A stretch of 49,133 bases of DNA from Prasinococcaceae sp. CCMP 1430 (GCA_013416795.1 RQSC01000598.1:1-49133); one strand, 5' to 3'; positions 21,750 through 29,995 are shown, numbered from the stretch's first letter. Numbers and translations: made by a program. Notes: a model not told the origin generated them from the sequence alone.

Positions 21750-23720
21750 GCGCACGGAGGCGGAGTCAATGCGCCGGCAGGTGGCGGCGGCGCGGCGCGC
21801 GCGGGCGGCAAGAAGCTTGCCAAGCGGCTCGACGCCATCTATGGCGAGCTCGCCGCGAAGGGCTTCACGGAGGCGCAGATCCGCGCGGCGCTCGAGCGGC
21901 TTGCCGATGCGTACGCAGGCAAGCTACCCACAACGGGCGACGCGCTCGACTGGCTGTGCATGAACGTGCCCGCCCACGAGCTTCCGGCCAAGTTCGCGCG
22001 GTCTGTGCGCGCCTCAGACCTCAGCAACGCCGCCAAGGGCGGCTCAGTGGCCGTCAAGTCCAAGCAGAAGAAGCTCAGCAAGGCCGAGGAGGCCGCGCGG
22101 GCGAAAGAGCAGAAGGCGCGCGACAAGGCGGCGCAGGCCGAGGCTGCCAAGGCGGCGGCTGCCGCGATGCCCGCGCGCGCGGCCAGGCGAGGCGGCGCCT
22201 CGGCAGAGGACGACGCGCAGGCGGCGAGGCGCTGGATCCTGCAGAACTACGACGAGTCGGAGGAAGAGCAGGACGACGTAAGCGAGGGTGAGCTGGATGC
22301 CGGCATCGAGGACTGGCTCGTGTGCGGCGATGCTCGCGAGCGCGAGCGCCGCGCAGCAGAGCGCCGCGAGGCCGCGCGACGCGCGGCGCTGCCGCGTGAC
22401 GAGCACGGCGAGCTCATCGCAAGCGAGTACGCGCGCGCGAAGGAGGCGGCCGTAGCCGCCAAGAAACGCGGCGAGAAGGACGCGCAGAGGGAGGCAGGTA
22501 TGGCGATCAGGGAGCTCAAGGCCGAGGCGGATGCACTCAAATTGACGCAGCAGGAACTTGAACTCGGGCCCAGGGCCGCGGCGAAGGCCCTTGCCGCCGC
22601 GCAGGCTCGTGCAGAGGCGGCCGAGGCGGCGGTGACTGGCGGCGACAGTGACAGCGACGGCAGCGAATTCGTCCTTGAGGATCCGCTCGGGGATGGCGAC
22701 GATGGCGGATTGGAGGACGGTGCCGATGGCGGAGGGGACATCGGTGGCAGTAGCACCACCGGTGGCACAGGCGGGTGTGGGCTCGAGGCAGGCGGCGGTG
22801 CCGAGTGCGAGGCTGCTGCTTCTGGTGCATGCGCTGCTGCGCCCGCCACTGCCGCTGCCCGTGCTGCAGTCTCGAGTGACGAGGATGGCTTCGACCTGGC
22901 GGATGTGTGGGACTCGCTGCCCGATGAGGCGACGCCAAGTCTGGCTCCTGAGCCCGCGGTAGAGCCCGGCCTCGAGATGTGGGGGGACTACTCGCGGGGC
23001 AAACGCTCCAAGCTCAAATCGGACCCGCGGCTGGCCGCCAAAGCAGCGCAGGCTAAGGCGCTTGAGCAGCAGCGCCTCCCAAAGGCCGTCCTACAGGCGC
23101 ACTGCCAGAAACAGGGACTGCCGCCGCCGCGATTCGAGAGGCGCGACGCCGATCTGGCGTTCCCGCAGGCGCTGCGCTACGTCGCGCACGTGGCGGCGCC
23201 GCAGCAGCGTCGCAGGAAGGGGGCGTCGGGCTCAGCGCGCCCCAGTGGGCCCGTGGAGGCGGGTTTGACCTCCGAGGACACAGAATGGCTGCTGTCATCG
23301 CAGACTGCCGCCGGTGGGATAGAGGCGCTGCGCACGGTGCAAGCTGCGCAGAACGCCGCCGCGACCGTGGCTCTCTTCGCTTTGCTGCCCGACCAGCCGC
23401 TCGCACGGACGCTACCGCGACCGTATAGCGAGCTCTGGTCCCGCCTCGAGGCGCGGAGCGCAGAGGAGGCGCAGGCGGCCGCTCGTGGCGAATTCGACAA
23501 GAAGCAGGACTTCATTGACTCGCTCGTGGGCGCTGATGTTGCCCGAACGCGGTCGCACGTCGCCGGGGGGGACCTGGACGCGGCGCTGGGCGACGCGGCG
23601 GCGCGGCGGCTCGTCGTGCATCTCGTCCGCGAGGGGCTGCTGCACGTCGAGCCTGTGGACGAGGAGGACGGCGAGGAATTGCTCGAAGCTGGGGTCCAAG
23701 ACGATGACGACTGGCCGTGA
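21750..23720 (+). CDS. N-terminal module of a DHX29/DExH-box RNA helicase (UBA-like + coiled coil + dsRBD-like) with no helicase core; true start probably hidden at n21749
   Basis: KRLDAIYGELAAKGFTEAQIRAAL...DALDWLCMNVPAHELPAKF, WILQNY, IASEYARAKEAAVAAKKRGEKDAQREAGMAIRELK, LPKAVLQAHCQKQGLPPPRF...AAQNAAATVALFAL match my recollection of plant DHX29-type N-termini. Stop at 23720 comes before any DEAH/P-loop motif. Confidence 0.78.
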   Translation, partial: AHGGGVNAPAGGGGAARAGGKKLAKRLDAIYGELAAKGFTEAQIRAALERLADAYAGKLPTTGDALDWLCMNVPAHELPAKFARSVRASDLSNAAKGGSVAVKSKQKKLSKAEEAARAKEQKARDKAAQAEAAKAAAAAMPARAARRGGASAEDDAQAARRWILQNYDESEEEQDDVSEGELDAGIEDWLVCGDARERERRAAERREAARRAALPRDEHGELIASEYARAKEAAVAAKKRGEKDAQREAGMAIRELKAEADALKLTQQELELGPRAAAKALAAAQARAEAAEAAVTGGDSDSDGSEFVLEDPLGDGDDGGLEDGADGGGDIGGSSTTGGTGGCGLEAGGGAECEAAASGACAAAPATAAARAAVSSDEDGFDLADVWDSLPDEATPSLAPEPAVEPGLEMWGDYSRGKRSKLKSDPRLAAKAAQAKALEQQRLPKAVLQAHCQKQGLPPPRFERRDADLAFPQALRYVAHVAAPQQRRRKGASGSARPSGPVEAGLTSEDTEWLLSSQTAAGGIEALRTVQAAQNAAATVALFALLPDQPLARTLPRPYSELWSRLEARSAEEAQAAARGEFDKKQDFIDSLVGADVARTRSHVAGGDLDAALGDAAARRLVVHLVREGLLHVEPVDEEDGEELLEAGVQDDDDWP

Positions 23721-24124
23721 GCGTGTCGCCGTCTTCGGGGCCAACCCCGTCGGGCTTCGGCGGCCTGAGCGGCGGGTCTCAACCGCCGTCGTCTTTGCCG
23801 AGTCGGACGTCGACGCTACACAGCGACGGAAGCGTCGCGTGGTAGACGCCGTGCGCAGGTCAGACGACCGCAGTGCCCCGCACTCATGCTTGTACTAATA
23901 GTGTACTAGTGGACGTGTGTGTATATAGAAAAGTGCGGGACGTCTTGTTTACACTACAACGTTGCACACATCATACATCAGTGAGGGAGCCTTGCCGCGC
24001 CATGGCGCTCCCTCTTGGACTCGATATTGCCAGCGCAAGAGCGCTCCTCACGCCACCGTCAGTCGAGCTCGCTTCCAGTGGTCTAGAGAACTCTCGGCGT
24101 GTGCGCTATTTGGCCTCAGGTCGT

Positions 24125-24726
24125 CTACTTCGCCTCCGGCGCCGGGGCAGGGCCCAGGTGGCTGTCCAGCAGCTTGCGGCGCGCCTCGGGCGCCGGGGCA
24201 GGGCCCAGGTGGCTGTCCAGCAGCTTGCGGCGCGCCTCGGGCGCCGGGGCAGGGCCCAGGTGGCTGTCCAGCAGCTTGCGGCGCGCCTCGGGCGCCGGGG
24301 CAGGGGATAGGTCCTTCAGGAGCAGCTTGCGGCGCGCCTCGGGCGCCGGGGCAGGGGACAGGTCCTTCAGGAGTAGCTTGCGGCGCGCCTCGGGCGCCGG
24401 GGCAGGGCCCAGGTGGCTGTCCAGCAGCTTGCGGCGCGCCTCGGGCGCCGGGGCAGGGCCCAGGTGGCTGTCCAGCAGCTTGCGGGCGTTGACCGTCTCT
24501 GCACGAGCATGGCATCGTCAACACAGCCACGGCGCGAGATACGTGTCAGCGAGTGGCGGCAAGCCAAGCAGCGCACATGTGAGCACGCCCCGCCTGCAGT
24601 GTGTCTGAGGGAATGCTATCACCAGGCGCCGAGCCATGCGCGCGCGCGCGCCCACGCACCGACCGCGCAGGCCGCCAGCGCCAGCAGCGCGAGCGCGAGG
24701 GCGAGGAGCGTCGTCGGGCGCCGCAT
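24125..24726 (-). CDS. Secreted multi-peptide precursor / AGP-like polyprotein, 146 aa: signal peptide + 7 Pro-rich peptides separated by (R)RKLL; exons 24726-24660 and 24498-24125
   Basis: Exon 1 = MRRPTTLLALALALLALAACAV+G, donor GTGCGT at 24659, acceptor GTGCAG at 24499. The spliced ORF is 441 nt and ends GAG GCG AAG TAG. Same-type repeat copies differ only at synonymous sites in this frame. Absent from the ORF track because exon 2 has no start codon. Confidence 0.85.
24137..24486. repeat. 51-bp tandem repeat, 7 units, two variants (order A-A-B-B-A-A-A on the coding minus strand)
   Basis: The (G/C)GGCGCCGGGGCAGG unit start recurs at 24137, 24188, 24239, 24290, 24341, 24392 and 24443. Confidence 0.97.
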
Positions 24727-24751
24727 CCTGGCGGCGTGGCTGGTGCCGTGC

Positions 24752-25348
24752 CGGCAAGCTCTTCCTCACGGTGGCTACGTACAAGTCGCCGGTGCACTTC
24801 CATCCCATCGACGGCGTCGGCGTCGCGCCAGACATCAAGTGCACGGTGACGCCCAGGCGCGTGATGGCGCTTGCGCAGTAGTCCGCTTCGCTCTGACGGC
24901 GTGCGAGCGCGCGCGCGCGTCGCGCGGGTTTCGAGCAGTCGTGCTGACACTCGAAGCTTCCTCTCGGCGCCCCGTCCTCCTTCCCATGCCATGCTCTACT
25001 GCAACGCAGGGAGACGCTACCTGCGGCAGCCGCGCGTGCGGCGGCGCTGGCGCCGCCCACCATGGATCACATCGCGCGGGCCATGCGTGGGGGGGAGAAT
25101 GGCACCGCCCGCAAGCTCACGCGCGGGACGGGCCTCGCCGCGGAGGTGCTGGCCGACTCGTGCGTGCTCAAGGCAGAAGAGACGTGCGTCGCGCGGCTTC
25201 GCCCAGCCCTTGCGTGCGTTCTCGGTGCCCCGCGCGTCCGCGCGCCTGCAAGTGCGCGGGCTGACACGGATCCGCGCGCGACATTCGCAGGCTCGTGGGC
25301 AAGATGGACGCTGAGACGGCGGGGGTGACTAGTAGCCGCGACGTCTGA
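24752..25348 (+). CDS. ctpA: 3' exons of a carboxyl-terminal processing peptidase (CtpA, S41A; CTPA1-like); 5' exons including the catalytic residues absent
   Basis: GKLFLTVATYKSPVHFHPIDGVGVAPDIKC resembles the S41A TxAxYxxP...IDxxGVxPD motif, and EVLADSCVLKAEE resembles the CTPA1 tail. Exons ~24752-24856, 25010-25183 and 25291-25348 are joined by a GC-AG intron and a GT-AG intron that keep the frame to TGA. Confidence 0.72.
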
Positions 25349-25394
25349 GAGGCGCGTTGAGTGTGCACGAGAGCGATCAGATGTGTGTAGAGAG

Positions 25395-25572
25395 TTAGAA
25401 AAGGCTGCCCTGCACGTCCACCTCGTTGGCCCAAATGTCCTCGTAATTCTGCCTCTTGCGGATCACGTGCAGCGTCTTGTCTCCGCCCACCATGACCTCG
25501 GCCGCCTCGGGGAAGGAGTTGTAGTTCTTCGTGGACATGCCAGCGCAGTAGGCGCCGGAGCCCTCCATGACG
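25395..25572 (-). CDS. lysA: C-terminal fragment of diaminopimelate decarboxylase (LysA-like, group IV PLP decarboxylase); remainder lost at n25573
   Basis: [50 protein letters not shown] matches the GAY..SM..NYN..P..AEV.V....IR.R..Y.D motif of LysA. Confidence 0.82.
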
Positions 25573-25749
25573 NCGCGCGGGCGCGGGCGCCAGGCTGGGG
25601 AGGGCGCCGCGCCGCCGTGCGGATTCGGGTTCGCGCCAGGTGTTGGGTGCGCGGCGCGCCGACACCTGGCAGCCTCGCCGGTCGCATCGATGGCGGCGGC
25701 ACGACGTGACGTGACGTGAGGCGGGCGGGCGACTGGCATGGGAGGCGGC

Positions 25750-26263
25750 ACTCCCACGCGTTCGTGCGTGTGAGCGCCCGCATGGCAGCGCGAAGTGCAC
25801 AGACGTATGCGTCGTCGCGTGCTTTGACAGGTGGGACACGTTGCGTCGCCGCCGTTGACTTCGCGTGCCAGAAAAAGTACCAACCATAGGTCGTACCTGC
25901 GTGGCGGTTACACTTCGTTGCGGCGCGTGTGGTGTCAACGCTGCCGAGTCGGCTGATGACGCTTACGATGCTCTCGTCGCCTGTGGCCGGCCGAGGCAGC
26001 TCGAAGCGGACGATGGCGGCCGGGGGCGAGAAGCTGCTAACTGCAACGAGGGTTAGCGGCCGCGCGTCGGCGCCTCGGCGCAAACCCATGCGCCAATTTC
26101 GCGGCCCCACGCCGGCGGCGTGCCGCGGCGCGGGCGCGGATGAGGAGCCGGGCGCCGAGGCGCAGGCGTGGGGGGCGCCGTCCGGCAGCTCGCACGCGCG
26201 GGGGAGCCCCAGCCGGGCAGGCCGAGCGCCCCGGACCGCGAACAGCGAGCGCGTCCGCGGCAT
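25750..26263 (-). CDS. Probable exon(s) of an unidentified gene
   Basis: GCTAAC...TTGCAG acceptor near 26042, followed by GC3-rich codons SSFSPPAAIVRFELPRPATGDESIVSVISRLGSVDTTRAATKCNRHAGTTYGWYFFWHAK. No family recognised. Confidence 0.4.
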
Positions 26264-26571
26264 TTGCGCGCGCCGTCGTCGCTGAGCAGTCCCTGTGCTC
26301 GAGCCATGGCCGGGTCAGTTGTTCAACGATGCCGCGGCACGTGAGGGATTCAATTTCCAGCTATGCGGTCCTGGGCCTGACCTGATGCATGCTCTCTCGC
26401 TGCGCGAAGGGGCGCGCGGCCGGCCATGGGGCGAAGGCGCACCGGATGAAGAGAACCGCGACGGCGTCCGGAGGGGGGCGGAGGGGCGGGATGGCCGGGA
26501 GCACTCGGTCGTCACCGTGACGCGTGTCGCGGGAGAACTCTGCCGCGCTGAGTGGGGGCAACTCTCCCCGC

Positions 26572-27996
26572 TCATCGCAGCGCCGAGCCCCCTCCCCGCC
26601 CCCAAAAAGGCAGGCCCTCGTCGCGCAGCTGCGCGTCGAGCGCTGCGTGCTCGCCCGATGCATACAGCGCCACTTGCGCGTCGCGCCGCTCCAGGCGCCG
26701 CTCCAGCTCGGCCACGCGCGCCTCCACGATGAGGCGATACTTGGACAGGGCGGACATCGCGTCGCCCCACTCGGCCGCACAGGCGGCGCCCGACGACGAC
26801 GCGGCCTCGGGCTTTGGCATGCCGCCGGCGCCGCCGCTGGCGCCCTCTGGCGCACCATCCGCTGGAGAGTCCACCATCACGAAGTCGTCGGACGGCATCC
26901 GGCGGACGCCAGCCGGCCCGGGAGCATCTGGCGCTGCTTCGGACAGCAGCGTCTCCACGGCCGCCAAGCGCTTGCGCACATCCACATTGCCTGGGTCGAC
27001 CTCCTTGGCCGCGCGAAACGCCGCGCGCGCGTCCGTGTAGCGCGCGAGCGCCTCGAGCGCGACACCGCGCCGGTAGTGACCCTTCACCCACATCGGGCGC
27101 AGCTCGATGCATCGGTCGGCGTCTGCGAGGCTGGCCGCGTGGTTGCCCAGCTGCATGTAGCTTGCGGCGCGGTTGGAGAAAAGCGTGTGCGCGCCGTCGC
27201 CAGTTGCGCCCGCGCCGCCTAGTGCGACCGTGTAACACGTGACCGCCTTCGCGTACTCGCCCGCGCGGAAGGCCTGGTTGCCGCTCCTCCGCGCGGCGTC
27301 ATGCCCCGCTGAGCCGGCGTCCGACTCGGATGCAGTCACGTCGGCGTTGGTAGCGGCAGTGGCAACAGGCGTCTTTGGCTCTTCCTGCTTCTTGTCGGCC
27401 GCCGACTGAGAGGGCTGCGGCTTGGTGGGCGTCCCAAGCGGCTGCGACGCGCGCGCCGCTGGCTCGGGCGCCGGTGCGCCTGCGGCGGACATCGAATGCG
27501 CCGTTTTGTAGCTCTCCTCGGGCGTCTTGAGCGTCTCGGCCGGCCGCTGCGCTGCCGCTGCGCCCGACGAAACGCGGTCGGCCGCAGTGCGAGCCTCGGC
27601 GAGCTTGTCCGTGACTTCCGCGTTGCCAGCGTCGAGCTTGAGCGCATCCTCGAACGCGCGCGCCGCCTCGGCGTGGCGCAGCAGCCCTTGCAGCGCGAGG
27701 CCACGGCGGTAGTGCGCCTTGAGGTGGCCCGGCTTGATTTTTGCGGCGCGCTCGGCGTCGGCGAGGCTCTCCTCAAGGCGCCCCAGCATAAAGAGGCTCG
27801 CCGAGCGGTTACAAAGCGTCGTGTGCGACGGCGCGTTGCCTTCTTCCTCGAGCGCCGCCGCGTACAGCTCGACGGCGCCGGCGTAGTCGCCGTTGCGGAA
27901 GGCCGCGTTGCCGCGCTTTTTTGGCGTGCCCTGAAAGGCGTGCGCCCCCGGCCCTTGCGCCGGCGCCGCTGGCGCCACCTCCTCGATCTCGACCAT
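26572..27996 (-). CDS. TPR co-chaperone-like protein with two 3-TPR clamp domains, a DDFVMV AIM/LIR-like motif and a C-terminal coiled coil
   Basis: ATG 27996 (MVEIEEV). KKRGNAAFRNGDYAGAVELY...NRSASLF...KAHYRRG and RRSGNQAFRAGEYAKAVTCY...SNRAASY...KGHYRRG are carboxylate-clamp-type TPRs. Confidence 0.87.
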   Translation of the reverse strand: MVEIEEVAPAAPAQGPGAHAFQGTPKKRGNAAFRNGDYAGAVELYAAALEEEGNAPSHTTLCNRSASLFMLGRLEESLADAERAAKIKPGHLKAHYRRGLALQGLLRHAEAARAFEDALKLDAGNAEVTDKLAEARTAADRVSSGAAAAQRPAETLKTPEESYKTAHSMSAAGAPAPEPAARASQPLGTPTKPQPSQSAADKKQEEPKTPVATAATNADVTASESDAGSAGHDAARRSGNQAFRAGEYAKAVTCYTVALGGAGATGDGAHTLFSNRAASYMQLGNHAASLADADRCIELRPMWVKGHYRRGVALEALARYTDARAAFRAAKEVDPGNVDVRKRLAAVETLLSEAAPDAPGPAGVRRMPSDDFVMVDSPADGAPEGASGGAGGMPKPEAASSSGAACAAEWGDAMSALSKYRLIVEARVAELERRLERRDAQVALYASGEHAALDAQLRDEGLPFWGRGGGSALR

Positions 27997-28175
27997 CGCG
28001 CGCCTCGCGCGCGCGTCGGAGCCGCTCGCCCCGCTCGCCGCCCCGTCTCCCCTTTTTCTCGCTCGCTCGGAATGCCCCCGCTTGCAGCCCTCACGGCGGG
28101 AAGCCGCGATGTGGCGGGCGCGAGGTGGGTCCCCCCTCCCCCGCACCCGCCGATGCAATCACGCGCAGCCCACGC

Positions 28176-28210
<35 letters not shown>

Positions 28211-28630
28211 GGTGGCCCACGCCTGCGTCCGTCTGAACGGGCACGCCGGCTCTGCCGCGCGCGCGCCGCTTCGGTTTCGTCGGATCCTCCGCTCGAAACC
28301 CTTCCCAAACCGAATCCGTCGAATCGAATGCACCTCAGAATGGCTTCTCGACGGCCCGAAGCCGCGGGGCGCGCGCCCCCGGCGCGTGCCCAGAAACGGT
28401 CCCCTGGGATTAAGGTTTTGTTTAGGGGTCAATATTTTCAGGGTTAAAATTGCGTTCCCGGCCGTTGGAAGAGCCTGCGTGCGCAGCGCATCCCTCCACA
28501 TTTGAGGTCAAAATATGTAGGGTCTATTTTATCCCCATGTTTGACTCAATTTGACGTCTGGTTGCTGGAAAGTGAGAGGGTTGAGGTTGGGGTTGGGGCG
28601 CGGGCGTGCGCTGCCAGGGAAGCCGCCGCG

Positions 28631-29995
28631 ATGCTGGACGCGTACAAGAACAAGGCGGCCTCGCGCCGCGAGGACGCCGCGATGCGCGTGGTGGCGTCGC
28701 GCGCGCGCGCCTCGGCGCGCGAGGCGCGGCAGTACCTGCAGCGTCGGCGCGTGGAGCGTGGGGAGCCCGCGTTTCCCGAGGCGGAGGGCGGCGCGGGCAG
28801 GGGCGTGATCAGCGAGGCCGCCGCGGCCGTGTACATCCAGTCGCACGCGCGAGGATTCCTCGCGCGTAAGCACGCCACCGAGGAGCGCCGCGAGCGAACG
28901 CGGGAGAGCGCCGCGACGCTCCTGCAGATGCGCGATGCGCAGGAGGCGCATGGCACCAACGCGCGCTGGCAGAACTACCCGCCGCGGCCGCGCGCACGCG
29001 TGCGCCCCATGCCCGCTGTGCCGTCGGCCGTGCAGGCCAGCGCTGCTGCCAAGGTCATCGACTGGCTCAATGCCCAGCCCGCGCCGCACGAATTCGAGCC
29101 GCTTGGCGACGAGGGCAGCGAAGCCGAGGGCGCGCGTGTAATGCTGCCTCCGCGCCCGCGAAGCGCCTCGGAGGCGCTCGACGCCAGTCTGCGGCGCGGC
29201 GCGGGTGCTGAGGAGCGAGTGAGCGGCGTGGTGGCGCGCGAGGCACTGCAGGGCTTCAACCTCAACGTCCTCGATGGCAGCCTCGGACGCACGGCGCTCG
29301 ACGGCGGGCACAAGGCTGCCCCCGCACCAGCGCAGGAGCCCATGCATGCGCACGACGACGTGCAGGGCGCTCCTCGCAGCGGTGCGGGTATGGCTGGAAG
29401 CAGCTCGCGCGCGCCCCACGCACTCAACCGCGGTCCACCGCGGGTGGGCGGAGCGGCCGAGTGGAAACCGGCGGTGCGCGCGTCGACCGCCGCGGCGGGC
29501 ACCTCGCGGCGCACGCGCGCGGTGGTGCAACAGCAGCATCCAGCACACGCTGTGCGCGCTCGTGCGGCAGCGCGCGAGAAGTCCCAGCCGTCGCAGCTGC
29601 CGTCAATCGCCTCGCGCCCGGCATGGGGAGGAGGCGGTGGCCGTAGAGCAGGTGCTCGAACGAGCGCAGGCGCGCGGGGGGGCGTGCGTCCCATCGCGCG
29701 CGCTGTGACGGCGATGGGCGAGGCAGCCGGCGCGCGCGGTCCGGCGCGCCGACAGCAGTCTGCACCATCGCGGCGCGTGGCCAAGCTCGGCGTCGCCGAG
29801 CTCTTCCGCCAAATGGACCAGGCCGAGTCGGGAGGGGGCTACCTGCCCGAGCGTGCGCTCGACGCCCTGCACACCGGCGCCGTTGCGCACTTCGGTGGCG
29901 TTCTGCATGGCGCCACTCAGCGCCGTCGCGGCGCAGCTCTCGCGGCGCGCGAGGCCGAGCGCAACTCGCTCTTCGCGCGCGGCCTGCGGCACTGA
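28631..29995 (+). CDS. Hypothetical largely disordered protein with one IQ calmodulin-binding motif
   Basis: ATG 28631 with long open frame. AAVYIQSHARGFLARK fits IQxxxRGxxxR. Confidence 0.7.
   Translation: MLDAYKNKAASRREDAAMRVVASRARASAREARQYLQRRRVERGEPAFPEAEGGAGRGVISEAAAAVYIQSHARGFLARKHATEERRERTRESAATLLQMRDAQEAHGTNARWQNYPPRPRARVRPMPAVPSAVQASAAAKVIDWLNAQPAPHEFEPLGDEGSEAEGARVMLPPRPRSASEALDASLRRGAGAEERVSGVVAREALQGFNLNVLDGSLGRTALDGGHKAAPAPAQEPMHAHDDVQGAPRSGAGMAGSSSRAPHALNRGPPRVGGAAEWKPAVRASTAAAGTSRRTRAVVQQQHPAHAVRARAAAREKSQPSQLPSIASRPAWGGGGGRRAGARTSAGARGGVRPIARAVTAMGEAAGARGPARRQQSAPSRRVAKLGVAELFRQMDQAESGGGYLPERALDALHTGAVAHFGGVLHGATQRRRGAALAAREAERNSLFARGLRH

Noticed and set aside
23412-23744. 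Minus-strand ORF VIVLDPSFEQFLAVLL... as a separate gene
   Set aside because: In-register shadow of the plus-strand tail; no ATG or upstream exon found.
24137-24486. Regular 51-bp repeat as a CRISPR array or non-coding minisatellite
   Set aside because: No unique spacers, eukaryotic context, no cas genes. The unit is 17 codons with synonymous-only variation in one minus frame, so it is coding.
23962-24608. ORF-track repeat proteins (APRAPGQGPGGCP..., QPPGPCPGARG..., RRASGAGAGPRWL...)
   Set aside because: Alternative frames of the same repeat. Unit variants are non-synonymous in them, and they lack a signal exon or splice support.
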